The position numbers and the translations under genes are program-made. A stretch of DNA of 64,000 nucleotides, taken from the IMG/VR virus record IMGVR_UViG_3300012953_000018, one strand, 5' to 3'. This document shows positions 17,208-27,315 of the stretch, piece after piece. Every line of letters begins with the position of its first letter. Positions within the stretch are counted from its first letter, which is position 1. A model generated the notes under the pieces. That model ran no database searches, was not told where the DNA came from, and worked only from the letters and a program-made list of their open reading frames with translations. The DNA is from an uncultured virus (IMG/VR IMGVR_UViG_3300012953_000018). Its lineage: Duplodnaviria; Heunggongvirae; Uroviricota; Caudoviricetes.

Positions 17208-17416
17208 GAATATTAATCAAAGAAAAGATCATACAGAAGACCCACGATTGTAACTTGGGTTATAGAATATTAAAAGACCGAAGTCCTTTTGGCTTACCTC
17301 GTTTGGTAGTTGAAGAGATTGGTATCGATGGACGATGGATGACCACTAAAGTTTTTAGTAAGTTGTGGTATAACCTCAAGACAGTTGAGGAAATCATGGA
17401 GAGTCAATATGGCTGA
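17204..17416 (+). CDS. Hypothetical protein
   Basis: ATGA-coupled ORF. Confidence 0.6.
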   Translation: MRILIKEKIIQKTHDCNLGYRILKDRSPFGLPRLVVEEIGIDGRWMTTKVFSKLWYNLKTVEEIMESQYG

Positions 17417-17570
17417 ACCTGAACATGTAGGTTTCCCTTTACCAAGTGAAATGTTTGCACCGACTTCAAACAAAAGAGAAGACTGGGATAAACATGTTGC
17501 AATCACTGAACTACTAGATATACCCTTGAAGTGTCCACATTGTGAAGCTATATTAAAGGACACTAAATAG
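17409..17570 (+). CDS. Small protein with CPHC motif
   Basis: ORF with GGAG upstream; LKCPHCE. Confidence 0.55.
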   Translation: MAEPEHVGFPLPSEMFAPTSNKREDWDKHVAITELLDIPLKCPHCEAILKDTK

Positions 17571-17574
17571 TAGT

Positions 17575-17745
17575 ATGGAGTTTATTAACAATCTCATTTT
17601 ATTTCCCTACGATGTATTAGTCGTGGTGTTTAGATATCTAATTGCAGCTACCTTATGGTATTTACTTATCATAGGTACAAAGAATCTATGGTTGGATTAT
17701 GGGATTGAGTTTTACGAGAGTATCAAATTAAGGAGTAAGAAATGA
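17575..17745 (+). CDS. 56-aa membrane protein (not in ORF track)
   Basis: ATG 5 nt after ACTAAATA; hydrophobic; ATGA coupling to next ORF. Confidence 0.6.
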   Translation: MEFINNLILFPYDVLVVVFRYLIAATLWYLLIIGTKNLWLDYGIEFYESIKLRSKK

Positions 17746-17912
17746 GTGACGGACTAATACTAATTCACATTGTGTTTATAGTTGCGTTGGTTTACTTTGT
17801 GTTTCGTTCAGGTGAGAAGTCAGGTCGAGTTCAGATGATTGAAGACTTGATTGACAGAGACATTGTAACGACAGCTGACCTGATAGATAAATACGAAATA
17901 GAAGAAAACTAA
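17742..17912 (+). CDS. 56-aa single-TM protein (not in ORF track)
   Basis: SD AAGGAG; MSDGLILIHIVFIVALVYFVFRSGEKSG... Confidence 0.65.
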   Translation: MSDGLILIHIVFIVALVYFVFRSGEKSGRVQMIEDLIDRDIVTTADLIDKYEIEEN

Positions 17913-17927
17913 AACAAAAACTATATT

Positions 17928-19121
17928 ATGAAAATCATTGGATATAATTCAAGTCACGAAACCTCACTATGTCAGTTCGATACTGATGACTGGGTAATCG
18001 ACTTCTTATACGAAGAAGAAAGATTCCGTAGGCAAAAGTATTGGGTTCCCCGATTCCCTCAAGATCAATTGTTATGCATTGAGAGAATGAACACTGCACA
18101 GCCAGATGCATTCATTGGTGCATCCTTTGATAGACGAGCAAGTTCTATAGGATTCAATCACGATTCATTACAATACGACAGGAAGACACAACAAGAGATT
18201 CTAGATTATTGTTTAGAAGGACAACTAGATTGGGATAGAGCATGGGGATTGTTTGAGAAGTTCAAACATGTTATCACTGATGCAGATTGGGAATTCCTAA
18301 AGAAAGAATACGATGAGAAGCTTTATCTGCATACTCAGATGGATGATGAGTTGCATGGGCGTGTCGCTGACCAAGTCAGTATGGATGAGTTCCATTATGA
18401 AATCGAACACCACCTGTATCATGCAGAGTGTGGGTATTACTTTAGTCCATGGAAAGAGAAAGAGAAAGCTATTGCAATCGTCATGGACGGTGGTGGATGT
18501 CATAAACATGCAGAAAGATATCCGAACTATCAAGAAGTAGAAACAGTATTCTTATGTCAACCTGATACAGTACCGACAAGACAATACTCTCGTATGAGTA
18601 ACACACGATGGATAGAAGATGTACAGAAGTTTCTACCATCAATCCAACAAGGTAAAATTATACAAGCACCCGAAGTCACAGAAACAATTGATGGATGTGA
18701 GACAGTGTTTAGTTCTTATCCATCACAGGGTATGAACTTTAGTGCAATGTCATTGTTCTTTGGATTCGATAAGAAAGGTCGTGCAGCTGGTAAAGTTATG
18801 GGTGCAGCTTCTTATCAGAACTGGGAAGTATCACCCGAAGGTTACATAGACTGGTCTACTCATTCCGTATGTAATCAATTACAACAAACATCATTCGAGT
18901 ATACATGTAAGTTAATTCAAAAAGCTATTGACTTGAATCCTGATGTACCTAACATTCTTTTATCAGGTGGGTTTGCACTTAACTGTACTAACAATGCAAA
19001 GTATCTTGAACGATTCCCTAATCATCAAATCTTTGTTGACCCCGTTGCACATGATGGTGGTACTGCAGTGGGAGCTGCAATACGATTAGGTCGTGCAATG
19101 TTACAGGGAGAAGAAGTATGA
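17928..19121 (+). CDS. Carbamoyltransferase (NodU/CmcH/TobZ family), N-terminal Kae1-like domain
   Basis: SHETS..EEERFRRQK, EHHLYHA, MDGGG, GKVMG, LSGGFALNC, DGGTAVGAA. Confidence 0.88.
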   Translation: MKIIGYNSSHETSLCQFDTDDWVIDFLYEEERFRRQKYWVPRFPQDQLLCIERMNTAQPDAFIGASFDRRASSIGFNHDSLQYDRKTQQEILDYCLEGQLDWDRAWGLFEKFKHVITDADWEFLKKEYDEKLYLHTQMDDELHGRVADQVSMDEFHYEIEHHLYHAECGYYFSPWKEKEKAIAIVMDGGGCHKHAERYPNYQEVETVFLCQPDTVPTRQYSRMSNTRWIEDVQKFLPSIQQGKIIQAPEVTETIDGCETVFSSYPSQGMNFSAMSLFFGFDKKGRAAGKVMGAASYQNWEVSPEGYIDWSTHSVCNQLQQTSFEYTCKLIQKAIDLNPDVPNILLSGGFALNCTNNAKYLERFPNHQIFVDPVAHDGGTAVGAAIRLGRAMLQGEEV

Positions 19122-19753
19122 TTATAACAGAGATACATAGAGATAAAGATTTAGTTGTAGAACTATTACTCAAGAGAGCACAGATAGTTGCAATCTGGCA
19201 GAACGAATCCGAATGGGGCCCAAGAGCATTGGGTAACAGGTCTATACTCTTTGACCCAACCAACCCCGAAGCAAAAGACTTAGTGAACTCTGTAAAGAGA
19301 AGAGAACACTACAGACCTTTTGCATGTACAATATTAGAAGAACACGCACATGAGTATGTGGAGATGCATCAGTTGAAGTCATCACCGTATATGTCATTTG
19401 CATTTCAATGTAAGGAGAAAGCACTTGATGAGATTCCAGCTCTGGTACATATGGACAACACTTGTAGAATTCAAACGGTCAACCGTGAACAGAATAAAAA
19501 CTATTACGATCTCATACAAGCAATGTATGAAAGTAATGGTGTACCTATTGTGTTTAACACTAGCTTTAACTTGCACGGTGAGAGTATGGTAGAAACAATC
19601 TACGATGCAATTCATACTTGCAATTATTCAGAGATTAATCACTTGTATGTACCCGAAGACCAAGACATCTTTATACCATATGAAGCAGTAAAGATTAAAG
19701 GTGATGAACAAGTCGACAATTCAGAGACCGAACAGAACAGGTCTACCGTATAA
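19118..19753 (+). CDS. Carbamoyltransferase C-terminal YrdC-like domain
   Basis: SEWGPRALGNRSIL, VKRREHYRPFA, HMDNTCRIQTV, FNTSFNLHGE. Confidence 0.92.
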   Translation: MIITEIHRDKDLVVELLLKRAQIVAIWQNESEWGPRALGNRSILFDPTNPEAKDLVNSVKRREHYRPFACTILEEHAHEYVEMHQLKSSPYMSFAFQCKEKALDEIPALVHMDNTCRIQTVNREQNKNYYDLIQAMYESNGVPIVFNTSFNLHGESMVETIYDAIHTCNYSEINHLYVPEDQDIFIPYEAVKIKGDEQVDNSETEQNRSTV

Positions 19754-19756
19754 ATA
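19749..19756 (+). promoter_or_regulatory. T4-type late promoter TATAAATA (also at 20858, 26261, 27859, 49327, 56350, 56361; minus strand 44665-44672)
   Basis: Exact match to the gp55-dependent consensus; gp33 is encoded in the window. Confidence 0.75.
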
Positions 19757-19761
19757 ATAAT

Positions 19762-20136
19762 GTGGAACTAATAGAACTAACAGATGAAGCAATCGTTAAA
19801 CTACTTGAGAAGCAAGAGAAAGAAAACTTCAAGTACATCCGTCTCGGAATTACGGGAGGTGGGTGCGCTGGTTTTGAGTATATCTTTGATAGCGTTCACA
19901 GTCACAGTGATGATGATATCGTTATCGACTTTGGTAAGCTCCAGTTTGTAGTAGATAAAGTTTCCGTTCCATACATAAACGGAATGACACTTGACTATGT
20001 GTACGAAGGATTGAACGAAGTATTTAAGTTCAAGAATCCTAAAGAGAAAGACTCATGTGGTTGTGGAGTGTCAATAAACTTTGACTTAGAACAAGTGGAG
20101 ATAGACAAGAGTAAAATCTTTGCAATAGAAGTATGA
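19762..20136 (+). CDS. iscA: A-type Fe-S cluster carrier (IscA/HesB family)
   Basis: RLGITGGGCAGFEY, FKNPKEKDSCGCGVS. Confidence 0.93.
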   Translation: MELIELTDEAIVKLLEKQEKENFKYIRLGITGGGCAGFEYIFDSVHSHSDDDIVIDFGKLQFVVDKVSVPYINGMTLDYVYEGLNEVFKFKNPKEKDSCGCGVSINFDLEQVEIDKSKIFAIEV

Positions 20137-20142
20137 TATATT

Positions 20143-20475
20143 ATGAAAACCAGTTCAGCAAAAGCAAAAGGTCGTAAACTACAACAGTGGTTTGCCAACT
20201 TACTTGTTGAGTCATTAGGACTTGACCAAGAAGATATTGAATCAAGACCAATGGGTTCTCAGGGTGAGGACATCATCCTAGGAAAACAATCTAGACAAAT
20301 CTTTCCTTATAGTGTAGAATGTAAGAATCAAGAAGCAGTTAATGTATGGAAAGCATACGAACAAGCTTCAGAGAATTGTAAAGGATATGAACCAGTGGTA
20401 GTGATTAAAAGAAACAGAACAAAACCTTTAGTCCTAGTAGACGCTGAACACTTTGTAGAATTATGCAAAAAGTAA
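20143..20475 (+). CDS. PD-(D/E)xK nuclease, Holliday-junction-resolvase-like
   Basis: SAKAKGR, GEDI, SVECKNQE, PVVVIKRNR. Confidence 0.7.
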   Translation: MKTSSAKAKGRKLQQWFANLLVESLGLDQEDIESRPMGSQGEDIILGKQSRQIFPYSVECKNQEAVNVWKAYEQASENCKGYEPVVVIKRNRTKPLVLVDAEHFVELCKK

Positions 20476-21080
20476 ATACATTCTTTCCCTTCGGCCCACC
20501 ACTTTATATTAGTGAGATAGACCCGAAGTACATAACAGAAATGATGGACTGTATGGAGACTGCAAAGGCAACCCCTACCGAATACGATAACCGTCCATAC
20601 CTTGCTGGTCAAATCGATGACCAGTATACAATCTTTGAACTTGCAAGTGACGCTTGTAAGGGACACATCATACAACATGTGATGACATATCAAAATGATC
20701 TAATTCAAGGTGACCCTAGTTGGGAACCATGGGTTCCGTGTATAGATGGTCTATGGGTTAATGTACAAAGATACATGGAATTGAATCCGATGCATAGTCA
20801 TAGTGGAATGTTTTCGTTTGTAATCTTTTTAAAAAATGAGTTAGATAGAGAGGAAACTATAAATAATAAGTTCGACTCTGTAAGAGGAACCGCAATGGCT
20901 GGTCACTTATCTTTAAGATACGGTGAACAGAACTTCATGAATTGGAATGTCTTTAACCATTGGCCAGAGGAAGGTCAGATAATTATATTCCCTTCATGGT
21001 TACAACATATGGTTATGCCACATTACGAAAAAGAAAAAATCAGAATTAGTGTTGCTGGAAACATAGTACCACAAGAATGA
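20463..21080 (+). CDS. 2OG-Fe(II) oxygenase
   Basis: WVNVQ..NPMHSHSG.FSFVIFL, IFPSWLQHMV, RISVAGN. Confidence 0.88.
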   Translation: MQKVNTFFPFGPPLYISEIDPKYITEMMDCMETAKATPTEYDNRPYLAGQIDDQYTIFELASDACKGHIIQHVMTYQNDLIQGDPSWEPWVPCIDGLWVNVQRYMELNPMHSHSGMFSFVIFLKNELDREETINNKFDSVRGTAMAGHLSLRYGEQNFMNWNVFNHWPEEGQIIIFPSWLQHMVMPHYEKEKIRISVAGNIVPQE

Positions 21081-22501
21081 GGAATAAAAACATGCGTAGT
21101 TTCAGTGAAGTCATCCGAGAGGAGACTGACGATAAGAAACCCTATCGCCTAGTGGTGATAGCTGAAAGACGCATGGTCAAGAAGACTAAGAAGAACTCAG
21201 ACAAACCAGTTGTAAAGAAACCTAATTCAACATCTAGTAAACTCTATAACCTTGCAAAGGAAGCTGGTTGTGATGCCTACAGTGTTAGAATCAATGGTGC
21301 ATATGTTGAAAGAGCAGACGATGGTGTAATCACAATTCATAACTCAGATGATGAGAAAGGATTCTACTTAGATGGTGATACAATCATCATGGTTCGTGGT
21401 GCAGTCACTACAAAAGATTCATACTTAGATTTAATTTCACAAATAGAACGATACGGTTTTCCAGTGGTAAACTCTAGAGAGTGTATCGAAGTTTGTGCAG
21501 ATAAGTTTAGAACTTATCTTAGACTACAAGAGATTGGAATGAACCAACCTCGTACAGTCTTGATTCCAAACGAAGACCCTGAGACAGTCGATATGGCTTC
21601 GAAGAGATTAGATAATGAGTTCCCTATGGTTCTCAAAACTCTACAAGGTGCAAAAGGTGTTGGAGTCTTATTAGTAGAAACTGAAAGGTCTCTACAATCA
21701 ACCGTCAGTCTTGTCTATAAGATTGACCCGACTTGCGATATCCTATTGCAAGAATACATCGACATGGAATATGATGTCCGTGTGATGATAAACAATAGAC
21801 GAATCATCGGTGCAATGAAAAGGAAAAAGATCATCGATGACTTCCGTTCAAATATATCTCAAGGTGCAGAAGCTGAAGAGATAGAACTTACAGAACTAGA
21901 AAAAGAAACATGTCTGATAGCTGCAAAAGCTGTCAACGGTCAGTGGGTTGGTGTTGACTTTATTCCAGCAGAGGATAGAGAAGATGATGCACCATACATT
22001 CTAGAGGTAAATCATTCGCCAGGAACTCAGGGAATATCTGATGCACTGGGTGAAGAAGTAACTGAAACAATCATAGACGATTACTTCGACAGAAGTATAT
22101 GGAAGAAGAAGGCAACTGAATGTGGCGTTCTAGAGACCATAGAGGTCGATGGTGAGACGATGACAGTTAAGTTGGACACTGGGAACAGCGCAAACGCTTG
22201 TGCCTTACACGCCGACTCTTACGAGGTCAAAGGCAAGGTTGTTCATTACAAACGAAATGGTAAAACATATAAGAAACCTCTACAAAGAATGATGACTTTA
22301 ATTAAACCCGCAGAGGAAAGACCGATAGTCAAGTGTGAATTAAACTTCTTAAATACTATATATGAACAAGAAGTTAGTTTAGACCAAAGAGGTAAGATAC
22401 CATTTTTGGCAAACAGAGATTTTATGAACAGGGCTAACTTGATGATTAACCCATCAAGAAAGTTCCTATTGACTAATAAACATGATGACGCAGACGACTA
22501 A
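21077..22501 (+). CDS. rimK: RimK-family ATP-grasp ligase fused to a C-terminal DTG protease-like domain
   Basis: DKFRT, PMVLKTLQGAKGVGV, QEYI..DVRV, DFRSNISQG, GVDFI, LEVNHSPG; C-terminal KLDTGN...ERP..L.NRDFM. Confidence 0.88.
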   Translation: MRNKNMRSFSEVIREETDDKKPYRLVVIAERRMVKKTKKNSDKPVVKKPNSTSSKLYNLAKEAGCDAYSVRINGAYVERADDGVITIHNSDDEKGFYLDGDTIIMVRGAVTTKDSYLDLISQIERYGFPVVNSRECIEVCADKFRTYLRLQEIGMNQPRTVLIPNEDPETVDMASKRLDNEFPMVLKTLQGAKGVGVLLVETERSLQSTVSLVYKIDPTCDILLQEYIDMEYDVRVMINNRRIIGAMKRKKIIDDFRSNISQGAEAEEIELTELEKETCLIAAKAVNGQWVGVDFIPAEDREDDAPYILEVNHSPGTQGISDALGEEVTETIIDDYFDRSIWKKKATECGVLETIEVDGETMTVKLDTGNSANACALHADSYEVKGKVVHYKRNGKTYKKPLQRMMTLIKPAEERPIVKCELNFLNTIYEQEVSLDQRGKIPFLANRDFMNRANLMINPSRKFLLTNKHDDADD

Positions 22502-23201
22502 AACAACCATTCAAGAAAGGATGAAGAATAAAGCATTCGAAGCCTTGGGTGAAGTTGAGCATCAAATCGACAACCTCTTGGATGCAAAGAAGTCAAACTT
22601 CTCTATGTACAAGTATGTTAAACAACTTGGTTACAGTGGTCGTGTTGTAAATTACATGAAAGGGTTTACAGAGACTACACTATACGAATTAAGAAACGAA
22701 GAGAAGTGTGACCAGTTAGATGAAGCATATAACTTTCTTACACCAAGACAAAAAGAAAAGGTCATCAAGAAATTAGAAACATGGGAATCTGAGATAGAAC
22801 AGTATTGTGAAGAGTACAAACCAGTTCGTAGAATCAAACCCAAAACTCCAAAACAGTTAGTTAAGAAGTTACCATATCTAGATGTACTCGCTGATGGTGA
22901 CTATAACTTCCAATCAATAAACCCCGAAGAAATAATTCGTGCAAGATTACTATACACCTACAATGTATCAAGTAAGAAGCTGACAAGATTCGAAGGTCAC
23001 TTACAAGTAAAAGGTTCCCGTATTAATGGGTTCGATTCATGTAAAGAAAAGACCTTGACAGATTTGAGTTTGCTTGATAGACTATATAAAGGTGGTAATA
23101 TTATTGCTTCTAGATTCTTGGATGAGATTCCAAGGTCAAAAGAAAAGGATGGAAACGATCTAATTACCAAGAATACATTATTAGTAAAAGTGGTTAAATG
23201 A
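22482..23201 (+). CDS. Hypothetical protein upstream of rnh
   Basis: Long ORF with phage-like codon usage; SINPEEII..LYTYN. Confidence 0.7.
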   Translation: MMTQTTKTTIQERMKNKAFEALGEVEHQIDNLLDAKKSNFSMYKYVKQLGYSGRVVNYMKGFTETTLYELRNEEKCDQLDEAYNFLTPRQKEKVIKKLETWESEIEQYCEEYKPVRRIKPKTPKQLVKKLPYLDVLADGDYNFQSINPEEIIRARLLYTYNVSSKKLTRFEGHLQVKGSRINGFDSCKEKTLTDLSLLDRLYKGGNIIASRFLDEIPRSKEKDGNDLITKNTLLVKVVK

Positions 23202-24052
23202 TATTAGTAGATTTTAGTCAGGTCATAATTGCTGGTCTGATGGCTCAGTTAAAAATAACTGATGGAGAGATATCAGAAGATATGTTGAGACATATGATTC
23301 TGAACTCATTAAGAAATTATCAAAAGAGATACTCTAGTGAGTATGGTGAAATGGTACTATGTACCGATGCAGCCAACCCATGGAGACGAGACTACTTCCC
23401 ATTGTATAAAGCAAACAGGAAGAAGTCTAGAGATAAGGACGATAAAGATTGGGGGTTAATCTTCGATACACTTCACAAAGTGAAAGAAGAGATTAAAGAA
23501 AACTTCCCGTATCGTTTCATGTATGTGGAGAATTGTGAAGCTGATGATATCATTGCAATCCTTACACAACATGCATACATACTTGCACCTAATGAGAAGG
23601 TGTTAATTGTGAGTGGTGATAAAGACTTTCAACAGTTGCAAAGATACGAACAAGTATCTCAATACTCACCAAATGTAAACAAGTTTATAGAACCCGAAGG
23701 TGGTGCAGAAACTTTCCTTAAGGAACATATACTCAAGGGAGATAAAGCTGACGGTGTACCAAACATACTATCCAATGACAATTGTTTAGACGAAGGTATA
23801 AGACAGACACCATTAAGAAAACCTATACTAGAAAAGTATATGAGAATTACTATTTCTAGCGACGATAAATACTATAGGAACTATCTAAGAAATCAAACCT
23901 TAATTGATTTTGATTTCATACCTCAAGAGGTACAGGATAGAATATTAAATGAGTACGACAATACAGCACCAGTTAGAGGTAAAGTATTTGACTACCTAAG
24001 AACTCATAGATTAAATGAGTTACTAAATCATGTAGAGGATTTTGCATTATGA
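23198..24052 (+). CDS. rnh: T4-type RNase H (5'-3' flap nuclease)
   Basis: ILVDFSQ, WRRDYFPLYKANRK, EADDIIA, SGDKDFQQL, GDKADGVPN. Confidence 0.95.
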   Translation: MILVDFSQVIIAGLMAQLKITDGEISEDMLRHMILNSLRNYQKRYSSEYGEMVLCTDAANPWRRDYFPLYKANRKKSRDKDDKDWGLIFDTLHKVKEEIKENFPYRFMYVENCEADDIIAILTQHAYILAPNEKVLIVSGDKDFQQLQRYEQVSQYSPNVNKFIEPEGGAETFLKEHILKGDKADGVPNILSNDNCLDEGIRQTPLRKPILEKYMRITISSDDKYYRNYLRNQTLIDFDFIPQEVQDRILNEYDNTAPVRGKVFDYLRTHRLNELLNHVEDFAL

Positions 24053-24567
24053 GCGAAAAGAAAAGAGGAAGAGGGAGACCGAAAGGAGCTCCTAACAAAC
24101 CAGTAATGGAACTGATTACTGAAAGACAGACCCTACCAAAGAACGCAGATTGTTATGAGATTCTTTGTCAGGCAGACATAGTTGCACAGACTGATGTCGA
24201 TAAAGCTGTCAATGGACTGAGAGTATTCAGTGAATCAAACGCTGCAGTACAAAGAGTGTGTCAGTGGTACTATGATTCAAAGATTAATAGTACATTACCC
24301 GAAGGGACTACACCGTATAAGTCAAACGATGCACCAGCATCAGACTTGACTGAGACTGCATTGAGATTCGAGTTCAGAAAGTTTAAATACTTTGTGACCG
24401 AAGAAGTGCCACAGACTCGTAGAGAGACAATGTGGATAGAGTTACTAGAAGGCATTCCAGCAAAAGAAGCTGAGATGATTGACCTTGTAAAAGATGGTAA
24501 ATGGCCGTTCAAAAATGTCACACTTGACATCGTCAAAAAGGCATTTCCAGAGCTTACAATTAACTAA
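24049..24567 (+). CDS. Hypothetical protein with N-terminal AT-hook
   Basis: KKRGRGRPKG; LPEG.TPYK, RRETMWIELLEG. Confidence 0.75.
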   Translation: MSEKKRGRGRPKGAPNKPVMELITERQTLPKNADCYEILCQADIVAQTDVDKAVNGLRVFSESNAAVQRVCQWYYDSKINSTLPEGTTPYKSNDAPASDLTETALRFEFRKFKYFVTEEVPQTRRETMWIELLEGIPAKEAEMIDLVKDGKWPFKNVTLDIVKKAFPELTIN

Positions 24568-24667
24568 ATATTAATGTCATCCGAGACTATACATAGAAAT
24601 GTACACAGTAGATTTCATAAGTGTGTAAGAATAAACATAGTCGTGTATGACTCCATGGAGTATAATT

Positions 24668-26038
24668 ATGGAAGAAGATAAGAAAGTGAATCAAGTAGAA
24701 CCCACTACTTTTGCTCAACCCGTACCTGAGAAAACAGAACTGGAAAGATTGCAAGATCGTATTGCAAATTTTAAAGTTCAGATTTCGCCTACGGTTGCAC
24801 AACTTACTCAAGTTCTAATGAATCAATCATTACAGAACCCTACTAAACCCGAAGACCTAGATGGTTATGTGCAAGTGAGAAACGAAGTTAAACTTGGTCT
24901 TGATGAGTACCAACAACAACTAGCCAATGCACAAAGTAGAATGGCTCAGTTACAACAGGAACATGAGATTCAAAAAGCAACTGAACTTGCAAGAAAAGAA
25001 AACGATTTAATCGCTGCAAGAGACGGTGAGAGAAAGAGAAGGAAAGATGCAGAAGAGAAAGCAAGACAACTAGAAGCTGTACTTGCATCCCATGGAATCT
25101 ATATGGATTTAGATGGTGACGGTAAGGTAGGTCTCAATGTCGGAGAAGAGACAGAGAACCTAACTGCAGAACAACAAGTCACACTTAAGAAGTTACTAGA
25201 CGAAAGTAAAGCTGCAGTGGGTGGAACAAGTCGTGCATTCGAACAAGCACGAGCAAAGAATCCAGTACCACAATCTGAAACTCATGGTACTATAAGTACA
25301 GACCAAGATGCATTCGATAAGAAAGTTGGTGAAGCGAAGAAGTCATTCCAAGAGTGGGATGAGTATGCAAACCAAGCTTCTGAAACTGCAGGGCCTATAA
25401 CATCAGGAACAACAACTGCAGAGTTCAACGAAGAAGTTGCAGAAGTTGATAGTGTCTATGACAACCCAGCTTACGATGAACCAGTAACACCCGATTACGG
25501 AAGTAAACCAGTTATCTCAGATAGCAATCAACCTGATATCATTGAAGAAGAACTTGCAAAGGCATCAGCATCAATCAGTGGTGAACCAGTTGCATCAGGT
25601 AAATCAAGAATCGATATCATAGGACAGAATGGTAATACAGGTGAACACTACGAAGAGTTAGAACAATCTGAATCTGAAAAGTTACAAGATGAGTTGGAAC
25701 CTATTGGACAAAATGTTAGGTTAGTTCCCGAAGATGATATTTCAGATTTCGAAACACCACCTGAACCAGTAGAAGAAGAAGTTGTTGAAGTTACAATTCC
25801 AACAGAGTCAGAACTAAAAGGAATGACTAAGTCTAAGATTCAAAGAGAAGCTAAGACTCTAGGATTCACTACAGTTTCTACTAAGGACTCAAAGACTAAA
25901 ATGATTGAGAACTTTGTATCCTCAACAGAAGCATTTATAAATGATCTACAGGATAGTGGTGAGTTTGTGAGTGCAACAGATACAGGTGATGAAGATGAGA
26001 GTTCTTCCGATGACCGAGACGGTGGATACTTCAAGTAG
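24668..26038 (+). CDS. Large acidic coiled-coil protein with EF-hand-like loop and C-terminal HeH/Rho-N-like motif
   Basis: Gln/Glu-rich helices, DLDGDGKVG, SELKGMTKSKIQREAKTLG; SD GGAG. Confidence 0.75.
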   Translation: MEEDKKVNQVEPTTFAQPVPEKTELERLQDRIANFKVQISPTVAQLTQVLMNQSLQNPTKPEDLDGYVQVRNEVKLGLDEYQQQLANAQSRMAQLQQEHEIQKATELARKENDLIAARDGERKRRKDAEEKARQLEAVLASHGIYMDLDGDGKVGLNVGEETENLTAEQQVTLKKLLDESKAAVGGTSRAFEQARAKNPVPQSETHGTISTDQDAFDKKVGEAKKSFQEWDEYANQASETAGPITSGTTTAEFNEEVAEVDSVYDNPAYDEPVTPDYGSKPVISDSNQPDIIEEELAKASASISGEPVASGKSRIDIIGQNGNTGEHYEELEQSESEKLQDELEPIGQNVRLVPEDDISDFETPPEPVEEEVVEVTIPTESELKGMTKSKIQREAKTLGFTTVSTKDSKTKMIENFVSSTEAFINDLQDSGEFVSATDTGDEDESSSDDRDGGYFK

Positions 26039-26414
26039 AAGTATCACCACTTCCCATTTCGATTACTTAAGATTTGATATACCATGGGACATGGTAAACA
26101 TCATAGGCTTTCGTTGGTATCGACAAATGAGAGTGTATCAAGATTCTCTAGACAGTAAAAAGTTTTATCTATCTGTCTTACCCTTAAACAAACCTGATGC
26201 ATGGGAATACCGTGCTGATGTCGAGTACCAAAAGAGAAATGGTTGGAAGGAATCTAAGGATATAAATATCGAAGTAGATGATGTGTATACAATGATACCA
26301 AAAGAATTTTTACAAGCATGGGAAGGTGATATAGATATAACCTATACACTAATACCCGATAGTCCAACAGAGGAGCGACATGTCGAAGTCAAACATTCCA
26401 GTAACGGCAGTTGA
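25971..26414 (+). CDS. Hypothetical protein (start probably near 25995-26010)
   Basis: ORF filling the gap between neighbours. Confidence 0.6.
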   Translation: MQQIQVMKMRVLPMTETVDTSSRSITTSHFDYLRFDIPWDMVNIIGFRWYRQMRVYQDSLDSKKFYLSVLPLNKPDAWEYRADVEYQKRNGWKESKDINIEVDDVYTMIPKEFLQAWEGDIDITYTLIPDSPTEERHVEVKHSSNGS

Positions 26415-27315
26415 TCAGTTTGACTTTCTCGACCATCGAAGACAGCAAGAGAAAAAGCATTGGAGTAAAAAATTAAAAGATGGACAACCCCTTGACTCAA
26501 TTCTTACGGTTGAAATTAATACTACTGAGTTGTGCAACAGGACATGTGTCTTTTGTCCAAGACATGACCCAGCAGTATTTCCCAACAGGAATCTCCACCT
26601 TACAGTTAAGGGTGCTCAAACCATTGCAGAAGAGTTAGGTGAGAATCAATATCAAGGTAAAGTATCTTTTAGTGGATTTGGTGAGAACCTACTAAACCCA
26701 AACTTCATAGAGATAGTCAAAGAGTTTCATTTCAATCTTCCAACTGCAACATTAGAATGTAATACAAACGGAGACAAACTAGATTCAATCTATGCAGCCA
26801 AGTTATTCAGAGCTGGATTAGATTTACTATACATAAATCTTTATGATGGTATAGAACAGATAGAACATTTTGACCACATCATGAAGAATGCTGGAATCAA
26901 AGAGAATCAATATAAGTATCGAATGCACTGGGGTGACTTCGAAAAACATGGACTAATTTTAAATAACAGGAGTGGTACAATTGACTGGGTCGGAATCGAA
27001 GAAGGAGACATCAAAGCGTTACAAGGTAAGCCTTGTCATTATCCTTTCTATAAGCTTTTTGTGGATTGGAATGGAGATGTCTTGTTTTGTAGCAATGACT
27101 GGGGAAGAGAGCATGTGGTCGGAAATCTGTTACAACAGACATTACATGATGTATGGTTTTCTAAACCCATGACAAAAATAAGAAAGAAACTAATGAAGGG
27201 TGATAGGACAATGTCACCTTGCAATAAATGTAGTGTAGATGGTTCACTATTCGGCAAACCATCATTTGATTTAATTAAGGATTATTATGAGAACCCTAAT
27301 AACAGGAAAAACTAA
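26380..27315 (+). CDS. Radical SAM enzyme with SPASM/twitch domain
   Basis: CNRTCVFC, SGFGENLL, PCHYPF..VDWNGDVLFCSND, PCNKC. Confidence 0.93.
   Translation: MSKSNIPVTAVDQFDFLDHRRQQEKKHWSKKLKDGQPLDSILTVEINTTELCNRTCVFCPRHDPAVFPNRNLHLTVKGAQTIAEELGENQYQGKVSFSGFGENLLNPNFIEIVKEFHFNLPTATLECNTNGDKLDSIYAAKLFRAGLDLLYINLYDGIEQIEHFDHIMKNAGIKENQYKYRMHWGDFEKHGLILNNRSGTIDWVGIEEGDIKALQGKPCHYPFYKLFVDWNGDVLFCSNDWGREHVVGNLLQQTLHDVWFSKPMTKIRKKLMKGDRTMSPCNKCSVDGSLFGKPSFDLIKDYYENPNNRKN

Noticed and set aside
17928..19753. Split carbamoyltransferase as a pseudogene
   Set aside because: Break falls at the domain boundary with an ATGA overlap and a GGAG upstream; both halves keep their motifs
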